DNA from: Candidatus Acidiferrales bacterium
Lineage (GTDB): Bacteria > Desulfobacterota > Binatia > Binatales > Binataceae
Reading direction: 5' to 3'
DNA: 25,663 bases
Assembly (NCBI GenBank): GCA_035631915.1
Contig: DASQHV010000186.1
Coordinates: forward strand, 1-25,663
The position numbers and the translations under genes are program-made. The notes under the pieces were generated by a model. That model ran no database searches and had not been told where the DNA came from. It saw nothing but the letters and a program-made list of their open reading frames with translations. Shown in pieces: positions 7,077 through 15,256 of this stretch. How positions within the stretch are numbered: position 1 is the stretch's first letter; each line of letters opens with the position of its first letter.

Positions 7077-8774
7077 TCACGCGCGATTGCTGTTTCCGGC
7101 CGCGTGTTCGGGCGGCGATTGCGAACGTTTGGCCGCGGCCTTGATGTATTTGACGGTTACCGGCGACAGGTCGTCGCGATCGACTTTCACGTCGATGATC
7201 GCGAACGACTTGTTCTCATGCGCGCTCTGAAGCGCATGCCGCAGCTGCTCGACACTGTGCGCCTCGAATCCGGCGCCACCCCAGTCGCGCCCCAGCTTCG
7301 CGTAGGGCCACGGCGGGATGTCGAGCAGGTCGCGGCGCTCGGGGGCAATCGGGCGGAAGATGCCCCATCCGCCGTTATTGATGACGAGCACAATCGGGTT
7401 GCAGTGAGCCGCGGGTGCGTGCGAAATTTCGGGTCCCGTCATCTGAAACCCTCCGTCGCCGCATAACACGAGCGGACGCAGCTTGCCGCCGATCTGCGCG
7501 CCCAGCGCCGCGGGCACGGCAAAGCCCATCGACGCGTAGAAGCCCTGCGCCAGGTACGCGCCGCTGTGCGGCACGCGAACGTCCAATCCGCCGAACAGCA
7601 TGTCGCCCGACTCGGCGACGACCAGGTAGTCGCGCTTGTCGGCCAGGAACTCGTTGACGACGGCGAGAATCTGGCTGACTTTGACTGGCTTGCCATCGCG
7701 CTCCGCGATCTCGCGCAGGTTGTCTGCGTAATGGACTTTTTCGTGATGCGGCCGGATTTTCTCGCGCAGCAGCGCGCGCACGAAATCTCGCACGCCGACG
7801 TCCGTGTAGGTGTGATACTTCACCTCGACCCGGCGATCGACCGACCACACGGTACGACCCTGGATTACGTGCGGCGGACGATTGCCGAAATTCATGTCGG
7901 TCTTGAGGCAGCCGAGGTTGAGCACGAAGTCGGCCTGATCCATGCGCGCGACGATCGAAGGCGGGCTGATCGGACCGACGTGCACGCCCATGTACAGCGG
8001 ATGGTCCATCGGGAACGCGCCCTTGCCGAGCACGGTGGTGAAGACCGGCGCGCCCATCTTCTCGGCCAGCTCGACCAGCTCGTGCGAGGCCTTGTAGCGA
8101 TGGATCTCGATGCCGGCGATAAGCACCGGCTTGCGGCTGCGATTGAACATCGCGACCGTCTCGTGTGCCGCCTCGTCGACCTTGCGCGCGTCCGATTCGT
8201 GGAAATGGAGATGCCCGTCCCATTCGATCAGCTCGTCGGGCACTTCGATTTGGCGGTCGACCATGTCGCGATGAATCTCGACGTAGCCGGGACGCTGCTC
8301 GGCCCAAATCGCGCAGACGACTCGATGCAATTCCTGCGCGGCGCTGCGCGGGTCGGTCAGCACGGCGGAGGCGCAGGTGACTTCGTTGTAGATGCGATGT
8401 TGCGATTCGATTTCGCGGGCCTGGTGATGGATTAGAGTGCCGAGCTTGCGTTCCTCCTCGCCCGGTCCGCCCGAGAAAATCAGGATCGGCACGCGCTCCG
8501 AGAACGAGCCCGCCACCGGGTTGACCATGTTGTGGCCGCCCGCGCCGTAGGTCACGCAGATCACGCCGATCTTGCCGGTCGCGCGCGCGTAGCCGTCGGC
8601 GGCGAAGCCCACGCCCGGTTCGTGCGAGAGCGTGATGATCTCCATCCCGTGTTTGCGGCCGAGCGCGAAAAACAGCTTCAACGCCAAGTCACCGGGGATG
8701 CCGAACACGTGGCTGACGCCGATTTTGCGCAGGTACGCGACCAGGAAGTCGCCCAACGCCATGTGCCGCTTCAC
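7077..8774 (-). CDS. ThDP-dependent 2-keto-acid decarboxylase (indolepyruvate/phenylpyruvate decarboxylase-like)
   Basis: VFGIPGD, HEPGVGFAADGYAR (ThDP-activating Glu), LIHH, SMGFAVPAALGAQ and the ThDP-binding motif GDGGFQMTG...INN. An RBS GGAGGG (8789-8784) supports GTG 8774; ATG 8762 is the alternative start. Confidence 0.88.
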   Translation of the reverse strand: MKRHMALGDFLVAYLRKIGVSHVFGIPGDLALKLFFALGRKHGMEIITLSHEPGVGFAADGYARATGKIGVICVTYGAGGHNMVNPVAGSFSERVPILIFSGGPGEEERKLGTLIHHQAREIESQHRIYNEVTCASAVLTDPRSAAQELHRVVCAIWAEQRPGYVEIHRDMVDRQIEVPDELIEWDGHLHFHESDARKVDEAAHETVAMFNRSRKPVLIAGIEIHRYKASHELVELAEKMGAPVFTTVLGKGAFPMDHPLYMGVHVGPISPPSIVARMDQADFVLNLGCLKTDMNFGNRPPHVIQGRTVWSVDRRVEVKYHTYTDVGVRDFVRALLREKIRPHHEKVHYADNLREIAERDGKPVKVSQILAVVNEFLADKRDYLVVAESGDMLFGGLDVRVPHSGAYLAQGFYASMGFAVPAALGAQIGGKLRPLVLCGDGGFQMTGPEISHAPAAHCNPIVLVINNGGWGIFRPIAPERRDLLDIPPWPYAKLGRDWGGAGFEAHSVEQLRHALQSAHENKSFAIIDVKVDRDDLSPVTVKYIKAAAKRSQSPPEHAAGNSNRA

Positions 8775-8801
8775 CGCGATTCGCCCTCCGTGCCCAGATC
8801 C

Positions 8802-8810
8802 ATAGTAACA
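8802..8810 (-). promoter_or_regulatory. Putative extended -10 element (TG-T-TACTAT) for the decarboxylase/CoA-ligase operon
   Basis: The minus strand reads TGTTACTAT, 12 nt upstream of the RBS, and matches the TGnTATAAT consensus at the key positions. Confidence 0.5.
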
Positions 8811-8845
8811 AAAAAGCGCGCCGCTCACCGTGGTGAGCCTCGCGC
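8810..8845. promoter_or_regulatory. Inverted repeat GCTCACC-GT-GGTGAGC with outer GCGCG/CGCGC arms, followed on the minus strand by T6
   Basis: Perfect 7-2-7 palindrome at 8823-8838, outer arms at 8816-8820 and 8841-8845, and an A-run at 8810-8815. Confidence 0.55.
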
Positions 8846-8874
8846 CAGGACTTGGCATCTTCGCGGCCTCGCTG

Positions 8875-8883
8875 TGCTAGGAT
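8875..8883 (+). promoter_or_regulatory. Putative extended -10 element (TG-C-TAGGAT) for DUF1232-UPF0182
   Basis: TGCTAGGAT lies 20 nt upstream of ATG 8904. No clear SD sequence follows. Confidence 0.45.
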
Positions 8884-8903
8884 AATAGCGGCTGAGCACC
8901 ACA

Positions 8904-9218
8904 ATGTTCCGATCGATACTTCGCATGCAATTCCTCGGGCCGATGCAGCTGAGCAGGCTCGTGATGTATCTGCCGCAGTTCGTGCGGCTGTTCTATCGGC
9001 TGATCACCGACGAGCGGGTGCCGATGCTGGCCAAGCTGGTGCCGGTGATGGGAGTGCTGCTGATGCTCACGCCGCCGGCGCTGGAACTGGACATGATTCC
9101 ACTGATCGGCGAACTCGATTGGCTCCTGGTCGGGTACATCGCGCTCAAGGTCTTCATCTGGCTCTGCCCGGCGGACGTGGTGCGCGAGCACGTCAGCCAA
9201 ATCGCCCGCGGCGAATAA
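8904..9218 (+). CDS. Small membrane protein, DUF1232/YkvA-like
   Basis: 104 aa. RLITDERVPMLAKL followed by LLMLTPPALELDMIPLIGELDWLL, a divergent version of the YkvA P-x-D-x-IP-x-x-G-x-x-DD pattern. Confidence 0.65.
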   Translation: MFRSILRMQFLGPMQLSRLVMYLPQFVRLFYRLITDERVPMLAKLVPVMGVLLMLTPPALELDMIPLIGELDWLLVGYIALKVFIWLCPADVVREHVSQIARGE

Positions 9219-9240
9219 CGCACTATCGACCGTCACCCTG

Positions 9241-11976
9241 ATGCGCCCCCGCATAATCCTGTTCAGCCTCGCGGCAATCGTGATCGCCGCGCTGGTCGTC
9301 CTGAGCCTCGCCGACCAACTGCTGGTCGACTACCTCTGGTACGGCGGACTCGGCTACAGCGGCGTCTTCAGAACCACCGTCGGCGCCGAAATCGCAATCT
9401 TCGCATTCGCGTGGGCCGCCGCCTTCATCGCGATTCTGGTGAGCGGACTCGTCGCAATTCGCGCGAGCCGCGACCGCGAGCGCCTGCGCGTGGTGCGCCG
9501 CACCGAAGAAATTGTCGAGATCAATCTGCCGGAACTGATGCGCGCGCTGGGCGAGCGGATCCCGTGGCGTTTGATTGTCGCGGCGGGCGCAGCGGTGCTC
9601 GCGATCTTTGCGGCGCAGGGCGAGGCCACGAGCTGGGACACCTATCTGAAGGGGCTCTACGGCGTGCCGTTCGGGCGGGTAGAGCCGGCGCTTGGGCGCG
9701 ACGTCGGCTTCTACATCTTCACGCTGCCGCTGCTCGAGGAGCTGCGCGACCTGCTGCTGGTGATCATCTTTCTCGCCGCGGCGATGGCGGCGGCGGTGTA
9801 CTGGGCGCGCGGCTCGCTGGATTTCCGGGAATCTCCGCCGCGCGTGACCAGCGGCGCTGCGGCCCATCTGTCGGTGATGCTGGGGTTGTTCTTCCTGCAG
9901 CGTGCGTTCAGCTACTGGCTGAGCCGCTACGACTTGCTGTTGCACACCAACGGCGTGGTCTTCGGCCTGCGCTACGTCGACCGGGTCCTGTGGCAGCCCG
10001 GCTTGTGGGCGTTGGTCGTTCTTTCGATTGTCGCGGCCGCGATGTGTATCTCGAATGTCCGCCAGGGCGGGCTAAGAATTCCGGTTGCAGCGTTCGTGAT
10101 CGTGTTTGGGCCCGCGTTGATCCTGAATTTCATCCAGCCGGTGATCGAGCGCCTGTGGGTGAAGCCCGACGAATTGCGCGTCGAGCGGCCATACCTAGAG
10201 CGCAATATCGCGATGACGCGCGACGCCTACAAGCTCGATTCGGTGGACGTAAAGCCGTTCGCGGGGAAGGGCGAGCTCACACCGGCCGCGCTCGAGCAGG
10301 ATTCCGCGACGGTCCAGAATATCCGGCTGTGGGATCCGCGCCCGCTGATCGACACTTACAAGCAGCTACAGGAAATCCGCACCTACTACGACTTTCGCGA
10401 CGTCGATATCGATCGTTACTGGATCGAGGGCAAGTACACCGAGGTGATGCTGTCGCCGCGCGAGATGAACCTGGACCAGCTCGCCGACAACGCGCAGACC
10501 TGGGTCAACCTGCACCTCAAGTTTACCCACGGCGCCGGGCTCGCGATGAGTCCGGTCAACAAGAAAGACACTGAGGGGATGCCGATCTTCTACGTGAAGG
10601 ACATCCCGGCCGTGTCGAACGTCGGGATCAAGATCGACAAGCCGGCGATCTACTTCGGTGAGGCGCGCGACAGTTACGCGGTGGTCGATTCGGCGACGCC
10701 GGAGTTCGACTATCCCAAGGGCGCGGACAACGTGTTCTCGTTCTACTCGGGCTCCGGCGGCGTGCCGGTGAGCGGCCTGTTCCGGCGACTGTTGTTCAGC
10801 ATCTTCTTCCGCGACGTCAACCTGCTGGTGACGGAAAATATCGTGCCGAATAGCAAGATTATGATTCGGCGCAACATCCAGGAGCGGATCGCGTACCTCG
10901 CGCCGTTTCTCAAGCTCGACGCCGATCCCTACGCCGTGGTCCACGATCAGCGCATCTACTGGATCGTCGATTGCTACACGACGAGCGATCACTACCCCTA
11001 CTCGCAGCGCAACCTGGACGGGCTCAACTACATCCGCAACTCGGTAAAGGCGGTGATCGACGCGTACACCGGCGACACCGACTTTTACATCGCCGACCCC
11101 GACGATCCGATCATCAAGACCTGGGAGCGTGTCTTCCCGGCGATGTTCAAGCCGATGTCCGCGATGCCTGCCGAGCTGCACGCGCACATCCGCTATCCCG
11201 AGAGCTTCTTCCGCATTCAGGCCGACACTTACAGCACCTATCACATGACGGATCCGCAGGTGTTCTATAACCGCGAGGATATGTGGCAGGTGCCGCGCGA
11301 GAATTACGCGGGCCAGACGGTGCCGATGCAGCCGTACTACGTCGTGATGCGGCTGCCGGGCGAGAAGGAAGCGGAGTACATCCTGATGCTGCCGATGGTG
11401 CCGGCGGGGCGCGACAACATGATCGCGTGGCTGGCGGCGCGCTGCGACGGCGACGACTACGGCCATCTGTTCGAGTATTCGTTCTCCAAGGATCGGCTGT
11501 TTTACGGGCCGTACCAGATCCAGGCGCGCATCAATCAGAATCCTGAAATCTCGCGGCAGCTCTCGCTGTGGAACCAGATGGGCTCGAAGGTGCTGCTCGG
11601 CAACCTGCTCGTCATCCCGATTCAGGACTCGCTGCTGTACGTCGAGCCGCTCTACATCCGCGCCGAGAACGGGCAGCTGCCGGAGTTGCAGCGCGTGATT
11701 GCGTCGTACAGCGATCGCGTCGTGATGGGCGACACGCTCGAGGGCACGCTGGCGGCGCTCTTCACCGGCGGGCCGCCGGTCGCTCCTACGATCGCGAAAA
11801 CGATCGCGGCTGTGCCTGCCGGCGGCGCGCCGTCACCGTCGATTCCGCAGGCCGACCTTCAAGGCGCAGCCGAGCATTACAACCGCGCGATGGCCGCAGT
11901 GAAGGCCGGCGACTGGGCGGAGTTCGGGGTCGAGATGAAGAAGCTGGGCGACGCGCTCACGCCTCAATCGAAATAG
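9241..11976 (+). CDS. UPF0182 family membrane protein
   Basis: 911 aa. N-terminal TM region with DYLWY and GRDVGFYIFTLP. The soluble C-terminal region has NIRLWDPRPL, QLQEIRTYYDF, DVDIDRY, FTHG, NYIRNSVK, HIRYPE, DPQVFYNRED and VLLGNLLVIP..LLYVEPLY, characteristic of UPF0182/COG1615. Confidence 0.93.
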   Translation: MRPRIILFSLAAIVIAALVVLSLADQLLVDYLWYGGLGYSGVFRTTVGAEIAIFAFAWAAAFIAILVSGLVAIRASRDRERLRVVRRTEEIVEINLPELMRALGERIPWRLIVAAGAAVLAIFAAQGEATSWDTYLKGLYGVPFGRVEPALGRDVGFYIFTLPLLEELRDLLLVIIFLAAAMAAAVYWARGSLDFRESPPRVTSGAAAHLSVMLGLFFLQRAFSYWLSRYDLLLHTNGVVFGLRYVDRVLWQPGLWALVVLSIVAAAMCISNVRQGGLRIPVAAFVIVFGPALILNFIQPVIERLWVKPDELRVERPYLERNIAMTRDAYKLDSVDVKPFAGKGELTPAALEQDSATVQNIRLWDPRPLIDTYKQLQEIRTYYDFRDVDIDRYWIEGKYTEVMLSPREMNLDQLADNAQTWVNLHLKFTHGAGLAMSPVNKKDTEGMPIFYVKDIPAVSNVGIKIDKPAIYFGEARDSYAVVDSATPEFDYPKGADNVFSFYSGSGGVPVSGLFRRLLFSIFFRDVNLLVTENIVPNSKIMIRRNIQERIAYLAPFLKLDADPYAVVHDQRIYWIVDCYTTSDHYPYSQRNLDGLNYIRNSVKAVIDAYTGDTDFYIADPDDPIIKTWERVFPAMFKPMSAMPAELHAHIRYPESFFRIQADTYSTYHMTDPQVFYNREDMWQVPRENYAGQTVPMQPYYVVMRLPGEKEAEYILMLPMVPAGRDNMIAWLAARCDGDDYGHLFEYSFSKDRLFYGPYQIQARINQNPEISRQLSLWNQMGSKVLLGNLLVIPIQDSLLYVEPLYIRAENGQLPELQRVIASYSDRVVMGDTLEGTLAALFTGGPPVAPTIAKTIAAVPAGGAPSPSIPQADLQGAAEHYNRAMAAVKAGDWAEFGVEMKKLGDALTPQSK

Positions 11977-12129
11977 AGTCACCTCCCGATTCGTTCCTTG
12001 CGGAACCCGGAGTCGCGATCGGCGCCACGCGCGCAAGTTTGTTCTCCGCCCCTCCACCGAGTGCTCGATTCATAGGTGCTACGCTCTAGCCGGATGTAGG
12101 TTCGGTGTGGAGCAGCATCGGGGGGCAGA

Positions 12130-13785
12130 TTGGACAAGGCTTCGATCGCGCTCGATTCGGATACGTCGCAGGCTTCGGTCAGCGGCGTCGGCGTCGACGA
12201 GTTCACGGCGATCGTGGAACGCGGCGCAGCGTCGGTCTCCGCCGTACGATGCCTGGTCGCATTCGAGACTGACGGTACTTCGCGCGTGATCCGCGCTCGT
12301 GAGGCGGGCTCGCGATGGGATAGCGCGATGGAGGCGGCGCTCGCGGCGCTGGAAAAGAAGCTCGGCGCCGACGGTCGGTCGCGCGAGCGCGCTCGAGCGG
12401 ACTCACTCGCATCGAAGAGAAGGGTGGTGCTGCGTCCACGCGAGCTTGACGGCACCGCTGATGCGGCGGCGCATGACGGCCGCGGGGCGCATCTGGCGGC
12501 AGCCGCGTTCGTTGAAGGCGATAGCGCGGTCCGAATCGCGCTTGCGACGCCCGAAAACCGGGCCGGCGCTGAAATTGAAGCATCGCTTGAACTTATCGCC
12601 GCGGCGATTTTCGCCGAGATCAACCTCAATGCGGCGCGCGCGTCGCTGGAGTTTTGGCGCAAACAGGGCGCGGAGGCCGGACGCCTGGCCGCCAACGCAA
12701 CCAGGCAACTTGCGGACGAACGTCGCACGGCCGGGGAGCTGGACGCAGCCGCAGCGGCCGCGCCCGCGTTCCCTGCCGTCGAGCGCTTCGCGCGATTCGG
12801 TGAGCTGGTCTCTTCGGCGGCCGGCTTCGAGCAATGGATCGTGGCCATCGAAGAAGACGGGGCGATCAAGATCGCGGCCGATTCGTTCGGCTTGAAGCAC
12901 TTCGATCTGAAGGCGGACGAAAGCGCGCTCGTGCAATGCATCCGCAGCTGCACGCCAGTCCTGCGGCCGGCTGACGGCGACGGCATTGCGCGCGGGTTGC
13001 GCGAGGACAAGCTGTTCGGCGCTTCCTACGTTTGCATCCCATTCGAGTCGGGGGCGATCGCGCTCGCGTCGCGAAATGCGGCCGCGTCGGCGGCGATGCT
13101 GAAGCAGGCGCATGCGATGCTTGAGCGTCTCGATCCGATCGTGAGGCTCTGGCGGATGGAGGCGCAAGCCGCGCGCCGCGACGCGTTGGTGAAGCAGCTT
13201 GCGCTCAGGATGTTCGCGGCGATCGACGAGGAGCGCTCGCGAATCGCGCGCGACCTCCACGACGATCAGGCGCAGTTGATCGCCGCCGCCCAGATTGCGC
13301 TGCAAGGCGGGCGCGAGGAAGCAGGCGTAATCTTTCGGCAAGTCGGCAGCGAGCTGCGGCGCAAAACGCGGGAGCTTCGGCCGGCGTCACTCGGCAAGGC
13401 GACTCTCACCGAGGCGGTCGAGCGCGAGTTCGAGCGCCTGCAGGCGGCAGGCGTCACGGCCAAGCTGGTCTCTCGCGACCGCATCGCAGTCGCGCGGATC
13501 TCGCGACCGCTACAGCAGCTATGCTTCCAGGTCGCGCGCGAAGCTATCTCGAACGTGATTCGCCACGCGCATGCGAAGTCGGTCGAGGTCGCTATCGAGC
13601 TGGCAGACGGAGTCGTGCGCGTCTCGCTCACTGACGACGGCCGCGGAATGCGCACCAACGGCCGCGTCGACGGAATAGGGTTGGCGGGTGTGAGAGAGCG
13701 TCTCGAGCTGATGGGCGGCAGGTTGACGCTGGAGTCGAAACTCGGCCGCACAATGCTGGTCGCGGAAATTCCGGAGCGCGCGTGA
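12130..13785 (+). CDS. Cytoplasmic sensor histidine kinase (HisKA_3 / NarX-UhpB class)
   Basis: H-box EERSRIARDLHDD, RELRP, N-box EAISNVIRHA, G1 DDGRGM, G2 GIGLAGVRERL. There is no obvious TM segment in the N-terminal ~360 aa. TTG start. Confidence 0.85.
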   Translation: MDKASIALDSDTSQASVSGVGVDEFTAIVERGAASVSAVRCLVAFETDGTSRVIRAREAGSRWDSAMEAALAALEKKLGADGRSRERARADSLASKRRVVLRPRELDGTADAAAHDGRGAHLAAAAFVEGDSAVRIALATPENRAGAEIEASLELIAAAIFAEINLNAARASLEFWRKQGAEAGRLAANATRQLADERRTAGELDAAAAAAPAFPAVERFARFGELVSSAAGFEQWIVAIEEDGAIKIAADSFGLKHFDLKADESALVQCIRSCTPVLRPADGDGIARGLREDKLFGASYVCIPFESGAIALASRNAAASAAMLKQAHAMLERLDPIVRLWRMEAQAARRDALVKQLALRMFAAIDEERSRIARDLHDDQAQLIAAAQIALQGGREEAGVIFRQVGSELRRKTRELRPASLGKATLTEAVEREFERLQAAGVTAKLVSRDRIAVARISRPLQQLCFQVAREAISNVIRHAHAKSVEVAIELADGVVRVSLTDDGRGMRTNGRVDGIGLAGVRERLELMGGRLTLESKLGRTMLVAEIPERA

Positions 13786-14441
13786 TGCCGTCGCAAGAAC
13801 GGATTCGCGTGCTGCTGGCCGACGACCATCGAATACTGCGCGAAGCGTTGCGGATGGTGCTCGCGGCCGAGTGCGACGTCGTCGGCGAGGCGTCGACCGG
13901 CGAGCAGGCGGCCGAGTTGGCGGCGCAACTGAAGCCGCACGTGGTCGTGATGGATATCGGGATGCCCGGGATTGGCGGAATCGCGGGCGCGCATCGAATC
14001 CGCAAACAGGCGCCGTCTTGCAAGGTGCTGATGCTAAGCCAATACGAGGACGAGGAGTACGTCGTCGAGGCGCTGGCGGACGCGGGCGCGGCCGGCTACC
14101 TGCTCAAGACCGACGCCGCTGACCAACTGCTCAGCGCGGTGCGCGCCGTACATTCGGGTAAGCAGTACATCAGTCATTCGATTGCGCCGATCGTCCTGGC
14201 GCAACTGCGCAAGCCTGCGCGCAACGGCGACGGTGGCGCGCCGCATCTGACCCGCCGCGAGCTCGAGGTGCTGAAATTGATTGGCGAGGGCAGCACGACC
14301 AAGGACGTCGCGCGACAGCTCGGCATCAGCACCAAGACCGCGCAGGTGCATCGCGAGAACGTGCGCCAGAAGCTCGACCTGCGCTCGACGGCCGCGATGG
14401 TCCGCTACGCGATCAAGCACAAGCTGATCCGAATCGACTGA
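13785..14441 (+). CDS. NarL/FixJ-family response regulator (REC + LuxR HTH)
   Basis: VLLADDH, VVVMDIGMPG (phospho-Asp), GYLLK and LTRRELEVLKLIGEG..ISTKTAQVHRENVRQKL. The start overlaps the kinase stop (GTG 13782 or ATG 13785). Confidence 0.95.
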   Translation: MPSQERIRVLLADDHRILREALRMVLAAECDVVGEASTGEQAAELAAQLKPHVVVMDIGMPGIGGIAGAHRIRKQAPSCKVLMLSQYEDEEYVVEALADAGAAGYLLKTDAADQLLSAVRAVHSGKQYISHSIAPIVLAQLRKPARNGDGGAPHLTRRELEVLKLIGEGSTTKDVARQLGISTKTAQVHRENVRQKLDLRSTAAMVRYAIKHKLIRID

Positions 14442-14474
14442 GCGTCAAAGGCGGGCATCTCGAACCGCGCTCTT

Positions 14475-14502
14475 GAACGATCGTTCTGGAGTCTTTGACT
14501 CC
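14475..14502. promoter_or_regulatory. Two adjacent palindromes upstream of the VOC gene: GAACGATCGTTC and GGAGTC-TTT-GACTCC
   Basis: Perfect 12-bp palindrome at 14475-14486 and a 6-3-6 inverted repeat at 14488-14502. The second contains a -35-like TTGACT (14495-14500). Confidence 0.55.
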
Positions 14503-14566
14503 GAGTTCCGCCGTGTTAGTAGTTGGGCAATGGCCGCGTGGGGCGGCGACACACGGAGGACAGGCT

Positions 14567-15139
14567 ATGAAGCGCACCGGCGTTCATCATCTGGGGCTTG
14601 CGACTCTCGACATCGACAAGACGATTGAGTTCTACACCACCAAGCTGGGCTGGGAGGTTGCGTGGTGCGACATAATCGAGGGTCCGCAGGGCGGCAAGAT
14701 CAAGCACGCATTCATCAACACCGGCGACGGCAGCCTGATCGCGTTCATGTGTCCGGAAAACATGCCGGGTATCCCGACCGAGTGGGCGACGGACATCAAC
14801 AGCGCGCAGGGGCTGCCGGGCGCGTTCTATCATTTTGCGTTTCACTGTGACGACGTGAAGGAGCTCGAGGCGAAGCGCGAGATGCTGATCGGGCGCGGCG
14901 TGGAAGTGACGCCGGTAGTCGATCACGAGTGGTGCCGCTCGATTTACTTCCGCGATCCTAACGGACTGCTGCTCGAGTACTGCACGACGGTCCGCGAGTT
15001 CACCGAAGAGGACAAGATCATGCGGCATCACGATCAGCCGGGGCCGATGGTCACCGATCCGGCGGACAAGAAGAAGGTTTACGAGATGCTGATGGGACCG
15101 CAGGGGAACAAGCAGGCGGCGGGCCGCACGCCGGTGTGA
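14567..15139 (+). CDS. VOC (glyoxalase/bleomycin resistance/dioxygenase) family protein
   Basis: VHHLGLAT..TIEFYT..LG, YHFAF and SIYFRDPNGLLLEY carry the metal-binding His/His/Glu. RBS GGAGG at 14555-14559 supports ATG 14567. Confidence 0.9.
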   Translation: MKRTGVHHLGLATLDIDKTIEFYTTKLGWEVAWCDIIEGPQGGKIKHAFINTGDGSLIAFMCPENMPGIPTEWATDINSAQGLPGAFYHFAFHCDDVKELEAKREMLIGRGVEVTPVVDHEWCRSIYFRDPNGLLLEYCTTVREFTEEDKIMRHHDQPGPMVTDPADKKKVYEMLMGPQGNKQAAGRTPV

Positions 15140-15165
15140 CGCAACGCATCGCGACGACACTTCGG

Positions 15166-15203
15166 GCGGCTGGACGCCATCACGTCCGGCCGCTTTTCTT
15201 TTT
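15166..15203 (+). terminator. Intrinsic (Rho-independent) terminator after the VOC gene
   Basis: 11-bp stem GCGGCTGGACG/CGTCCGGCCGC with one G.U pair, a 6-nt loop, then TTTTCTTTTT. Confidence 0.85.
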
Positions 15204-15256
15204 CCGTCGCCCGATGCATTGTTCGGGGCGGCATAATCTGATCCTGGAGATTGACG

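Noticed and set aside
9411-10574. 387-aa alternative-frame ORF inside UPF0182, and similar long Arg/Gly-rich overlapping ORFs (2333-3580, 10366-11466, 24103-25323)
   Set aside because: Low-complexity translations with no motifs, lying wholly within confident genes; expected at this GC content.
11979-13010. 343-aa antisense ORF opposite the histidine kinase
   Set aside because: Ser/Ala/Arg-rich composition typical of a shadow frame; the sense ORF carries the kinase motifs.
15227-15254. dif-like site (GGGCGGCATAA resembles the XerC arm GGTGCGCATAA)
   Set aside because: The XerD arm (TTATGTTAAAT) is absent after the 6-bp spacer; CATAAT is better explained as a possible -10 element of the nitroreductase gene.
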